A stretch of 64,000 bases of DNA from Fibrobacterales bacterium. Its GTDB lineage: Bacteria > Fibrobacterota > Fibrobacteria > Fibrobacterales > JAOPTW01. Every line of letters begins with the position of its first letter. The first letter of the stretch is position 1. The stretch is taken from positions 8,382 through 72,381 of the forward strand of contig JAOPTW010000010.1 of assembly GCA_051532035.1 (NCBI GenBank). The letters are read 5' to 3'. This document shows, piece by piece, positions 19,043 to 28,948 of this stretch. The notes beneath the pieces were generated by a model, which did not search any database, had not been told where the DNA came from, and saw only the letters and a program-made list of their open reading frames with translations. The position numbers and the translations under genes are program-made.

Positions 19043-21802
19043 ATGGATACTGGCATGGATACCTCCACTACTTTTTTAAAAGAACAGACCATTCGACTTA
19101 CTATTAACACAGTAAAAAAATGTGCCCTTCTCTTTACCTTTATTACAAGCCTCATAGGCAGTGGACTTGTAGTGGTGATGTTTTTCGCAGCAACATCTTC
19201 ACTCAAAGCAGCAAGTGTACCCCCGCAAGTGGTGGGCGGCTATACTCAGCTTATTCTTGAATACGAAAATATTCAAACAGCCCTCAACCAGAACAGCCTT
19301 ACACTTCAGGATAGCGCAAAATACGTTATCCTCGACAATCTCGACACAGAGCTCACACTCTATTTACCTGATTCTGCACATCAATACGAAGCACTCCACA
19401 ACCCAAGCTTTAACATACTTGATATACTCGACCAAACCACACTACTCTCATCAGGAGACACACTCTTCCTGTACAATGACCTTAAATCAGTCTTTTTAGC
19501 GACAAGCACAAACCCAATTGACAGTGGAACCCTCTCAATTGAATTCATACAAAATAATAGCGAAAAAATAATTATCGACTTTAAAGAGTTCCAATTCTAC
19601 ACCCCATGGTTTCTCAATACCGACTCAAATGGAACAGTTACCCCTCAAGAGCCTATCATTGCTAATACTGGCACCTATACACAAGTCAACATTCTTGCCC
19701 ACTCTTTTAACAACGCAGGCACCGACACCGTTGCGTGCAGCGCAGCAATCTGCCAATCCAACACCCTCCAATTTATCACTCCTGAAAATTCTACCATGAC
19801 TTTTCACGCAACCCCATATGGAGCTGAACTCGACAGCCTCCCTGTAATCAATGGCTTTGCATCCTTCTACATTTATAACCTCGATAGTTCAGCTAGTACT
19901 ACTTTTTCACTAGCCGGTGCGCCTGACCTCAATAACAACAATCGACTAACCTATACACACACTGCTGGTGTCACCTTTAACCTCTCTCCCGCCCCTATCC
20001 TAGACAGGGCAGAGATGTACGACACCAACGGTGATGCGATAGGCGACAGCCTTGTTATCACCTACAAAGACGATATCATCACCAACATTCCAGATACCAT
20101 TCAATATACCTGGCCTACAGAATCAGCCACACACACTCTTTCAAGTCATGACACCCCATCAATCAAGCCAGGAACATCAAACACCTTGACAGTAAAAAAG
20201 CCCTTCACCAGCAGCGCAACAAGCATTCAAACCGGCCGAGTGCAGTCGCAATATATACTTGATAATGGTGACCTCTTTAAAGACCAAACAATAATACTCG
20301 ATAAAATTGGACCAAAGCTCACTCAAGCCACACTACAATCAGGAGAAGCAGGACTCCCCGACACTCTCTACACAAATTTCTCTGAACCCCTCAAAGAGCA
20401 AACATACAGCGGGGAACTTTTCTTAACCAACAACAACACTCCAGTAGTTGCTACGGGCACCCAATTAGAAAATGGACGCTGGACCTTCATAGTAGACAAA
20501 GGGCTAATAATACCCAACAATTTTTTAACCCTTAACAGTACTTCGCTCATCACCGACACTTCACTCAACAAGCCACACAGCAACAACAACGGAGTCACCA
20601 TAGCATCATCACCCAGCTTACCCACACTCGCACATAACAACGGTGGCTATTATGACATGGACAATAACGGGGCTCTTGATAGAATCACACTACTCTTTAC
20701 AGAACCCATCAGTGAAGAGATGCTTATCCATAGCGACATTATCTGCACCTGGCCCAATTCATCCAATACACTCATTACCTTACACAGTGGCGGCACCCTC
20801 ACCCTAAACCCTTCAAATCCACTCGAAATATTTTTTGACATCCCTGAAGAGACCAATATTAAACAGGGAGTCACCACCATGGATTCAAGTTTTGGGACAC
20901 CACTTTTGATTAACAACTATATCAGCCCTGCAACCAATAGCGCAATAAATGACACCACCCCCATTTCTCTCAACGATCACATTGCCCCTCTATTAATGAG
21001 CTCACACCTTACCCCCTCTTCGAGCCCCAGCGACCCCGACACACTCTCCTTTACCTTTAGTGAAGCCATCATCTCTGACACAGACTTCCACTCCTTCACA
21101 CTCAATGGGTACACCAATCTCGAACATACCACCCCTCTCACATTTTCAACGAACTCCCCCAACACCGCTTTCGGAACAATCTCCCATGGGACACTCATCA
21201 ATTCAAGAAACAGAGCGGGCGACTCCCTTATTACAGAGGCATATACATTCAACGTAAAAGACCTTCACAACAACAACGCCTCATCAACTTCTTTACAGAT
21301 AACAGGGAGCCACAGAATCAGCACTCACTACAACACCTTTGCAACCTACGAGCCACTCAACAGCAACCTCATTGAACAGACAGCCATCACCGAAGAGTTC
21401 CTCACGGAGGAAGAGAGCCTCCTCTTTCTTGATAGGAAAGACAAAATTGGCTACCTCCTTGACCTAACCATGGGAATACCAGAAGAAAATATAAACACCC
21501 TCAACCTCGAAGAGATATCATTCAGTTATCAACTCTTTTTCCATAATACTGAGGGGCAAGAAGTGATAGACCAAAAAGGCACCATTCCTTGTAATAGTGA
21601 CGGCTTCAACGGAAACTGTTTTGAAAATCCAAAAAAAATATTAATCAACTGGAACTTCAAATCTAATGACGGTCGTTTCATTGCAAGTGGCGTTTACTAC
21701 AGTCAGCTCATCATCACTATCACCACCCCCAATGCATCAACAAGCATTCACTACAGTAAAAAATGCGGCGTTCTTAGAGGCAACAACCAAAACCCTTTTT
21801 AG
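19043..21802 (+). CDS. Large secreted protein with two stalk modules and a C-terminal GVLR domain
   Basis: Hydrophobic N-terminus; DTNGDAIGD and DMDNNGALD modules; C-terminus WNFKSNDGRFIASGVY...CGVLR. Confidence 0.8.
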   Translation: MDTGMDTSTTFLKEQTIRLTINTVKKCALLFTFITSLIGSGLVVVMFFAATSSLKAASVPPQVVGGYTQLILEYENIQTALNQNSLTLQDSAKYVILDNLDTELTLYLPDSAHQYEALHNPSFNILDILDQTTLLSSGDTLFLYNDLKSVFLATSTNPIDSGTLSIEFIQNNSEKIIIDFKEFQFYTPWFLNTDSNGTVTPQEPIIANTGTYTQVNILAHSFNNAGTDTVACSAAICQSNTLQFITPENSTMTFHATPYGAELDSLPVINGFASFYIYNLDSSASTTFSLAGAPDLNNNNRLTYTHTAGVTFNLSPAPILDRAEMYDTNGDAIGDSLVITYKDDIITNIPDTIQYTWPTESATHTLSSHDTPSIKPGTSNTLTVKKPFTSSATSIQTGRVQSQYILDNGDLFKDQTIILDKIGPKLTQATLQSGEAGLPDTLYTNFSEPLKEQTYSGELFLTNNNTPVVATGTQLENGRWTFIVDKGLIIPNNFLTLNSTSLITDTSLNKPHSNNNGVTIASSPSLPTLAHNNGGYYDMDNNGALDRITLLFTEPISEEMLIHSDIICTWPNSSNTLITLHSGGTLTLNPSNPLEIFFDIPEETNIKQGVTTMDSSFGTPLLINNYISPATNSAINDTTPISLNDHIAPLLMSSHLTPSSSPSDPDTLSFTFSEAIISDTDFHSFTLNGYTNLEHTTPLTFSTNSPNTAFGTISHGTLINSRNRAGDSLITEAYTFNVKDLHNNNASSTSLQITGSHRISTHYNTFATYEPLNSNLIEQTAITEEFLTEEESLLFLDRKDKIGYLLDLTMGIPEENINTLNLEEISFSYQLFFHNTEGQEVIDQKGTIPCNSDGFNGNCFENPKKILINWNFKSNDGRFIASGVYYSQLIITITTPNASTSIHYSKKCGVLRGNNQNPF

Positions 21803-21826
21803 TTCTCACAACCCTATAGAAAAGCA

Positions 21827-21866
21827 AAAAAGAGAAGCCGGGCAGAAATGCCCGGCTTCTCTTTTT
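21827..21866 (+). terminator. Rho-independent terminator
   Basis: AAAAAGAGAAGCCGGGCA-GAAA-TGCCCGGCTTCTCTTTTT. Confidence 0.9.
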
Positions 21867-22099
21867 CCATTTAATACCCCAAAAACCAGCCCCAAACCCC
21901 TCAATACATTGTATATCTTATTGATGACTTTTTAATACTTGTTTCATACTAATATCACCCATAAAGCCACTAAAAACAACTACTTATATATACCTTATAC
22001 GCCTAATATTAATTTATTTAATTTATTTATATATAATTTTGTTTCATCTATACTCAATTTGCGGTATCTTTAAAGAAGGCAATTACGCCGGAGTACATT

Positions 22100-25000
22100 A
22101 TGAAAACACTACTATTTATAACCACACTCCTCTTCTCAATCAACACTCTATTTGCTGCGTTCACAACCCTCGGGTTTGACCATGGTGACCGCAACATTGT
22201 AAACGATATGAATGCACTTTATGGAGAAGACAACTGGGAACGTATTGATGACTACGGCACGGAAGTAAACGACCAAAAATGGACTACACGCCTCGAAGGC
22301 GATATTGTCATCAAAGGAAAATTCGCATCACTCGTTCATGAATTTGGATATCGTGATGGTTCTGAGGGCGGCGAGTTCGTTTCACTCCTCCCTGAAATCA
22401 GAGGAAGCCGTGGACTCTACAGTAAAAGCCAACAAGAGAACGAAGGCACTGCCTACATTGCAAATGATTCTACCTATTTCAGGTTTATCTTAAAACTCAA
22501 TGACATTAATTGGAGAGGCAACTGGTCATCATACGGACCTCGCTGGGAATGGAGCTCTGACCCTGCACAGAACAGAGCTGGCGAAGATCACGTTGTAACC
22601 TTTCGCATTATCGACAACAACGGTGCAGCCTTTATAGACAACCGTATCGGCATGTTTGTTATCGCATGGGAAGACCTCGACTTTGAAGGAACCTACCTCT
22701 CTCGCTCTGACAGAGACTATGGCGATCTCATTGTAGAACTCCCTGGCGCAAAACCTGAGCACTTTGTTGATCCTAACGAATCACCTCTTACCCTTGCAAA
22801 TCTTATAACTTGCAATGAAATAATCACCAACTACACAGAAGTTTCAATGACAAGCACTCGAATAAAATTTGAAGATAGCGACAATCAACTTGAACAAAAC
22901 GACAACCTACAGGTAGATTTCTTTACCATAGAATATGACTCAGAACCAGATTCCATCGAAGTTCTTACAAAAGCAGGAAGATTCACCGACAGTAACAGAC
23001 TTTATTTTGTAGGCGACAAAGAACTTGACTCACTCGGCTTCCATATTGAGCTTGTTGAAAAAACCGATAGCTATGCAGTTATTGGCGTCGTAGGATACAG
23101 CAACCCTCATGCACTGAGCCACATCGAGTTTGACGTGTTCGACGCGACTCTCATGGTAACACCAGGAACAGCAACCCCGATCAAAAGAGTAATAGCCTGT
23201 AAAGAGGGGGAAACCCCTTCCTTAAGCTCTGAAACAACTATAAGCTCCGAAGAGAGCCACAATGAAGAGACAGAATCTTCAAGCCCTCTGGAACACTCAT
23301 CAGAATTACACACAACTACCTCATCAGAATCACGCACTACTGCATCATCAAATTCACACACTACCACCAATAGCAGTACAAACAACTCTCCTACAGAAGA
23401 AGACATCATTCTTATTGGAAGTAATCCAGACGGCTCAATATCATCCAATAGCAATGCCACAGTCAATCTCGACGGAACTCCAGTTGAAAACAGCTCATCA
23501 AATACCCAATCAACAGTCACCCTTGATGGACAGAACCTCTCAAGCAATAGCCAAACCAATACTCAGGGTAATACCGACATTTCTCTTACCGGATCTAACA
23601 AAAATGCCCAGACAACTGACTCGACTCATAGTTCAGTTTCTCTCAGCGGTGAAACCGTATCAGAAGCGGGCGACAACGATGGCGTTGACGGCATCAATCT
23701 AACCGGCAAATACCTTGAACAAAAAAAGAAGGAAACAGAAGGCAGCACTAATCTCTCACTCAGTGGAAACAATAAGAATCACGGCACTGAAAATACATTA
23801 AACACCAGCACAATGACCTATCTTTTTTCTGACTTAACAAATACACTTATTGCCGAAGCCTTTACGTCAGACCCCACAAACACCACTCAAACAAACACTA
23901 ACACTAACGCTAACGGCTCAATGACCATAAGTGGCTACAGCATCAACAACTCTTTTGTATCACAAAAAGAGGGCAATTCAAATACTCACAAAAATTTTAC
24001 TGAGTTATTTGGAAACGATTACATCACTAAATATGTAACCGAACAAAACCTAGAAAGAACCCTCGACTCCAATACAACCCATGTAACAAGTGCGCAAATT
24101 TCACGAGCATCCAACGGCAAAGACACCCTAACACTCATCTATAATAGCACAATCTCTGACAACCAAACTATTGGTTCACTCGTAATAAATGGTGAAAACA
24201 TCATTGTCACTTACATTGAAAGCGACAATGTAAACGAAATAACCCTTGTTCTCGATAGCTCACAAACCATTAGCGAAGGCACTCAATTTATTGAAATTTT
24301 TGACAGGGAAAACAATAATCTATTTGAAGAACAATATGTATCAATTGAACGTTTCTCAATACTTCCCGAGCTTTCACAAAACGGCAACGGATACTTTGAT
24401 CAAAATAGAGATGGCACTATGGATAAAATAAAAGTGACCTTTGAAGGAGGCGTTACTCCTGAGATGCTTGAGGGTGCAACATTTAGCTTTAGCTGGATCA
24501 ACAGCGATAATCAAGTCGAATCATTCATCGCCCCCATTGCTCAAGTAACCATTGACCCCTCTCATACTGCGGTACTCTATTGGAATATTGAAGAGTTCTT
24601 TTCATCTGCTGCTAATCATACCGATTTTGATAGAGCCCATTACGGCTCAGCAGCTCTTCACTATACTTACACCGCAGATGGCATTACCCGATCAGTAGAC
24701 AAAGCCATTACTATGCAAGACTTCATGGCCCCTGTTATAATAGACGCAAAGCTCAATACTGGCGCACTGAGAGCATCTGCAGACACCCTCATTATCACAC
24801 TCTCTGAAAAAATCAATACAGGACGCATATCACAAAATGATCTCTTTGAATACAAATCAGAATCTGGTACTACCCTTTTAGAACCTACAGAGCTCACTTG
24901 GGTTAATGCAACAACTGTAAAACTTGTACTAGAAAGTGATGGTTCAATAATCATAGGCGATTCTATTCGCGTCAACAACTCTCCTTTTGGTCAATCGGGA

Positions 25001-25555
25001 TATATTATTGACCTAGCAAATAATTCAGCTATGGCAAACCCACTTTACGCTGAACTTGAGGGAGATCCTCGGATGCTTATTGAAAACGTATCCCTCAACT
25101 CATTTGACTCAGAAGATCCTGAAATACTAAAAGCCCCTGTAACTGAACTCAAATATGTCGATATGTACACTACCGCCTCGGATCTTCAAGAAACTGGTAG
25201 ACTTGGTCACCTTATTGAAATTGGCGCAAATACATTTCCTTACGCCGCAAAAGCATTCGAAAATGGTTCGTACGAACCAGAAGACTACGCATTTGACTAT
25301 GCCATACATTATTACACTCAAAATGGCTCCTATGTCGCAGAAACCAAAGGCACCATCACTTGTGCTGATGCTGGATTTGAGGGAAACTGCCTAGAGAACC
25401 CCAGCAAGCTCTTTGTTCAGTGGAATTTTAAAACTGATCAAAACAAAGCTATCGCCACAGGGACCTACGTGGTAACTATGCAGCTTATTGTACGCAACCC
25501 AGAGCAAGCCGTAGTGCAACAGGCTACCGACACCTGGGGAGTAATACGTCATTAG
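22100..25555 (+). CDS. Large secreted protein: DUF4114-like N-terminus, S/T/N-rich linker, stalk module, C-terminal GVIR domain
   Basis: Signal peptide; AWEDL...SDRDYGDLIV motif; DQNRDGTMD module; C-terminus WNFKTDQNKAIATGTY...WGVIRH. Confidence 0.8.
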   Translation: MKTLLFITTLLFSINTLFAAFTTLGFDHGDRNIVNDMNALYGEDNWERIDDYGTEVNDQKWTTRLEGDIVIKGKFASLVHEFGYRDGSEGGEFVSLLPEIRGSRGLYSKSQQENEGTAYIANDSTYFRFILKLNDINWRGNWSSYGPRWEWSSDPAQNRAGEDHVVTFRIIDNNGAAFIDNRIGMFVIAWEDLDFEGTYLSRSDRDYGDLIVELPGAKPEHFVDPNESPLTLANLITCNEIITNYTEVSMTSTRIKFEDSDNQLEQNDNLQVDFFTIEYDSEPDSIEVLTKAGRFTDSNRLYFVGDKELDSLGFHIELVEKTDSYAVIGVVGYSNPHALSHIEFDVFDATLMVTPGTATPIKRVIACKEGETPSLSSETTISSEESHNEETESSSPLEHSSELHTTTSSESRTTASSNSHTTTNSSTNNSPTEEDIILIGSNPDGSISSNSNATVNLDGTPVENSSSNTQSTVTLDGQNLSSNSQTNTQGNTDISLTGSNKNAQTTDSTHSSVSLSGETVSEAGDNDGVDGINLTGKYLEQKKKETEGSTNLSLSGNNKNHGTENTLNTSTMTYLFSDLTNTLIAEAFTSDPTNTTQTNTNTNANGSMTISGYSINNSFVSQKEGNSNTHKNFTELFGNDYITKYVTEQNLERTLDSNTTHVTSAQISRASNGKDTLTLIYNSTISDNQTIGSLVINGENIIVTYIESDNVNEITLVLDSSQTISEGTQFIEIFDRENNNLFEEQYVSIERFSILPELSQNGNGYFDQNRDGTMDKIKVTFEGGVTPEMLEGATFSFSWINSDNQVESFIAPIAQVTIDPSHTAVLYWNIEEFFSSAANHTDFDRAHYGSAALHYTYTADGITRSVDKAITMQDFMAPVIIDAKLNTGALRASADTLIITLSEKINTGRISQNDLFEYKSESGTTLLEPTELTWVNATTVKLVLESDGSIIIGDSIRVNNSPFGQSGYIIDLANNSAMANPLYAELEGDPRMLIENVSLNSFDSEDPEILKAPVTELKYVDMYTTASDLQETGRLGHLIEIGANTFPYAAKAFENGSYEPEDYAFDYAIHYYTQNGSYVAETKGTITCADAGFEGNCLENPSKLFVQWNFKTDQNKAIATGTYVVTMQLIVRNPEQAVVQQATDTWGVIRH

Positions 25556-25610
25556 CTTACCCAAATCAATGTATACACTTTTAATACTTATATCTATTGT
25601 AATACTCATA

Positions 25611-25635
25611 AAACAAGGGCTTTTTGCCCTTGTTT
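25611..25635. terminator. Probable terminator
   Basis: AAACAAGGGC-TTTTT-GCCCTTGTTT inverted repeat. Confidence 0.65.
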
Positions 25636-25675
25636 ATGTTAGATTTAATAGAAGATAACTTATGGAATTCAAATT

Positions 25676-26410
25676 ATGGACCAGGCACTCTCTCTTATCA
25701 TTCTTGATAAAAACAAAGAGCACCTCCGAGCGCTCTTGGAATTTCTCAACGCTACTGAGATACAAGTTTACTCCCTCAACAGTATTGAAGAACTTTTCGA
25801 TAAAGCCTGTACAATAGGCCCCAATGCAATCATTTGTGACCACAAGAACATCGATACAGAACTTGCTCAAACACTGATGAAACTCAAGGGAGAAGACAAA
25901 ACCAAACACACTCCATTTTTTGTTCTGGGCACCAAGATTCCCAAACCTCTTGCTAATCAATACTCCATTCGCGGTGCAGAGGTCGTTTCACAAGATCTAA
26001 CCCCTTTAGAGCTTCTCTCTACTGTGTTCCCCGAGTATATTGCCACCTTCTCAAGTATCGCCGAAAACGCCAAACTTGAAGAAATAAAAAGCACCATTGG
26101 CACCATTCAATCACTTGAACTAAAAATCAATTCAGACAATTGGGATCTCCTCAGAACCTGGTCATCCGAAGAGATGTATCGAATTAAAGACGGCATCCTC
26201 ATTGTAAACCTATTAGAGTGTGACTTTGTAAACAGCGAAGGCATTGGCACCCTTATTACCTTATTGCATGAATGCCGAAACTACAATGTACAATATTATA
26301 TTATGTCGGCCGATGACCACTTTAAAAGCACCATTGGGCAGACAGGCTTACTCGAAATTTTTACCATTGTATCAGATCATCAAGAGCTAAAAAAGTTAGC
26401 AACAAAGTAA
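25676..26410 (+). CDS. Atypical receiver domain plus STAS (anti-sigma antagonist) domain protein
   Basis: REC-like PNAIICD...LKGEDKTKHTPFFVL; STAS-like VNLLECDFVNSEGIGTLI...TGLLEIF. Confidence 0.7.
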   Translation: MDQALSLIILDKNKEHLRALLEFLNATEIQVYSLNSIEELFDKACTIGPNAIICDHKNIDTELAQTLMKLKGEDKTKHTPFFVLGTKIPKPLANQYSIRGAEVVSQDLTPLELLSTVFPEYIATFSSIAENAKLEEIKSTIGTIQSLELKINSDNWDLLRTWSSEEMYRIKDGILIVNLLECDFVNSEGIGTLITLLHECRNYNVQYYIMSADDHFKSTIGQTGLLEIFTIVSDHQELKKLATK

Positions 26411-26411
26411 C

Positions 26412-27782
26412 ATGAAAATAGAGAGCAGCTTCCTAGACAAATACAATGTTGCCGGCCCCCGGTATACATCATACCCTCCCGCACCCTATTTTCAGGAAGA
26501 GGGTAATATTGATCTTTTTAAAAAAGTCATTGAACAGTCAAATTCTGATTCAAAAAATATCTCTTTTTATGCCCATATCCCTTTTTGTCCAACACTGTGC
26601 TATTACTGCGGCTGTACAACAGAGATAACCACCAAACAGGATAGAATTAGCGCCTACTTTGAGATGATGCGTAAAGAGCGTAAAAACCTCTTTCCCCTTA
26701 TTGATAGCTCACGACCTGTATCACAAATTCACTTTGGAGGCGGTACTCCCAATGCCGTTTCTACCGATTACTTAAAAGAGATTGTAGACTCAATTGGTTC
26801 TCGCTACTCCTTTGCAGACAATGCTGAGATTGCCATTGAAGTCAACCCTAATCATACCTCATTTGAACAATTGAAAACCTTGCGCGAAATTGGGTTTAAC
26901 CGCATTTCAATAGGCCTACAAGATTTTAAAAAAGATGTACTGGATTTTGTTAATAGAGGATTCCCTGAGATCCCTCCCAAAGAGCTTATTGATTACTGTC
27001 GAGATCTCGGTTTTACCGGAATCAACCTCGACCTCATTTATGGGCTTCCTGGTCAGAACGTTGAAAGCTTTCAAGATACCATCGCCCAAACGGTCGATGC
27101 AAACCCTGATCGCATTGCCGCATTTAGCTATGCCCATGTGCCTTGGGTTAAAAAGAGTCAGAAAGTATTAGAAAAAATGGGCCTCCCATCCCCAGAAGAT
27201 AAAATTGCCATGGCAGTTGATTCTCATAATCTTTTTCTGGACGCAGGATATGACTGTATCGGTATGGATCACTTTGCAAAACCAAGCGACCTATTATCTA
27301 TTTCAAAGCAATCTAAAACACTCCATAGAAATTTCCAAGGATACTGTTCTCAACAAACTACAGGCCAAGTGTACGGTTTGGGTGCATCTTCTATTGGTCA
27401 ACTCGATAGTGCATACATTCAAAACCAAAGATCAGCTGAGACCTTTGGTAAAGCGATTACAGAGACAGGTTTCTCTTTTAATAAATTATATCAACTCTCC
27501 CCAGAAAATCAACTCTACCGCAACATTATAAATCAAATTATGTGTAATGGGTCATTGAGTAAATCGATGCTTGAATCATTTGAAATGAACACTTCTCAAA
27601 TAGAACACATTGAAGCGGGAATTTCTGCCTGTGACGCCTATGAGGCTGATCAACTACTCGTAAAAACTGATGATGGGTTTGAGCTCACTGAACTTGGAAT
27701 GCTCGTCCCTCGAGTTATTGCCATGAAGTTTGACCCACTCTTAACAGAATCGAGTGAAGGGAAATACTCTAAGACCATTTAA
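26412..27782 (+). CDS. hemN: Oxygen-independent coproporphyrinogen III oxidase
   Basis: GPRYTSYP, HIPFCPTLCYYCGC radical-SAM motif, IGMDHFA, HRNFQGY. Confidence 0.95.
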   Translation: MKIESSFLDKYNVAGPRYTSYPPAPYFQEEGNIDLFKKVIEQSNSDSKNISFYAHIPFCPTLCYYCGCTTEITTKQDRISAYFEMMRKERKNLFPLIDSSRPVSQIHFGGGTPNAVSTDYLKEIVDSIGSRYSFADNAEIAIEVNPNHTSFEQLKTLREIGFNRISIGLQDFKKDVLDFVNRGFPEIPPKELIDYCRDLGFTGINLDLIYGLPGQNVESFQDTIAQTVDANPDRIAAFSYAHVPWVKKSQKVLEKMGLPSPEDKIAMAVDSHNLFLDAGYDCIGMDHFAKPSDLLSISKQSKTLHRNFQGYCSQQTTGQVYGLGASSIGQLDSAYIQNQRSAETFGKAITETGFSFNKLYQLSPENQLYRNIINQIMCNGSLSKSMLESFEMNTSQIEHIEAGISACDAYEADQLLVKTDDGFELTELGMLVPRVIAMKFDPLLTESSEGKYSKTI

Positions 27783-27840
27783 AACTCTTAGATTTCTTTG
27801 ATACTTCAAAATACTGTCACATAAATATATCAAGACAAAA

Positions 27841-27870
27841 AAAAGGCTATCTCAAAGAGATAGCCTTTTT
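27841..27870. terminator. Bidirectional terminator between hemN and the porin
   Basis: AAAAGGCTATCTC-AAA-GAGATAGCCTTTTT. Confidence 0.88.
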
Positions 27871-27892
27871 AATTTAAGCAATCAGACTCTGA

Positions 27893-28906
27893 TTAGAATC
27901 CAACTTTAGTGTAAACACCAAGAGATTGTTTTTGTTCTGTATCATTTATTTCGTCATCAGCTGTTCTGTAAATTAAAGCCATGAGAAGGTTTTTTTCGAA
28001 TGCATACTCAAGTCCGATATCTGCAGCCCAGACACCAGATTTATCCGCATAGGTTGCCCAGTTTTGAAAATTTATGAATGCCTCGACTTTTTCAACAACA
28101 AACGCGGCAGCTATAAATTCAGCGCCCCATACTTGAGCTCCATTAGCATCTGAACCACCCTTATTGACTGTAGTATATCCTGTTGCACCCAATCTCAACA
28201 TATCGTGTTTCCATCCAACAAATGCAGAGGTCATCGACTGCATTTTTTTATCAGTACCATCTTCAAATTTATCATTTTCTAAAAATGGATTAATTGATTG
28301 ATAGATAGAAGCCTGAATCATTCCAGCTTTATACCCTGCATAGAGAGCAAAAAGTGGGTCTTGTGCACCTTTACCAAGTTTTGTGTAGCCATTACCTGAA
28401 ACTACTGACGCTTTAACATTAATTTGATCATTCACTTTAAGGTTAACACTAACACCATTATCAGATGAACCCGAACCATCACCAACTTTTACTTGATTCG
28501 TTATATCGGGACTCACTACAAATGCTGGCGAACTTTGAATGCTAATTGGGTTCCAACCATAATAGGCTTTACCAAAAAACTTGTATGAATCAAGAAAAGA
28601 TGATGTGACTTGTAAACCTGTTGTCATCTTAAGAGTTTCTGTAAGTGGAATAGAAACATATGCATATTTAAGATACATAAATGATTTCGATGCAGCTTCT
28701 GGCTTTACATCCAAAGTGATCTTTGCTTCAGCGCCACTCTCAAACTTTGTCTTATATCCAATATAGGCTCTTTTATATTCAAATTGAACATCGTCTTTAT
28801 CGATATCCCAATTAAAGTTAGAACGAATTGTTCCAAATGACCCACCAGCTACTGCTGTTCCTACCAACGCAGTGAGAACCGCACCTGTTACTAATAGTTT
28901 TTTCAT
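27893..28906 (-). CDS. Outer-membrane beta-barrel porin-like protein
   Basis: Signal peptide, FEYKRAYIGY..AKITLDV..YLKYAY, alternating beta strands, terminal Phe (YTKVGF). Confidence 0.75.
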   Translation of the reverse strand: MKKLLVTGAVLTALVGTAVAGGSFGTIRSNFNWDIDKDDVQFEYKRAYIGYKTKFESGAEAKITLDVKPEAASKSFMYLKYAYVSIPLTETLKMTTGLQVTSSFLDSYKFFGKAYYGWNPISIQSSPAFVVSPDITNQVKVGDGSGSSDNGVSVNLKVNDQINVKASVVSGNGYTKLGKGAQDPLFALYAGYKAGMIQASIYQSINPFLENDKFEDGTDKKMQSMTSAFVGWKHDMLRLGATGYTTVNKGGSDANGAQVWGAEFIAAAFVVEKVEAFINFQNWATYADKSGVWAADIGLEYAFEKNLLMALIYRTADDEINDTEQKQSLGVYTKVGF

Positions 28907-28948
28907 TGTACCTTCCTTAATGATTGTGTATTGGTTGTTTAATTTTTT

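Noticed and set aside
25634..25960. Short antisense or nested ORFs here and throughout the track (e.g. 11218-11982, 23107-23559, 30278-30478, 31146-31616)
   Set aside because: They overlap well-supported genes or regulatory DNA and have no recognisable motifs.
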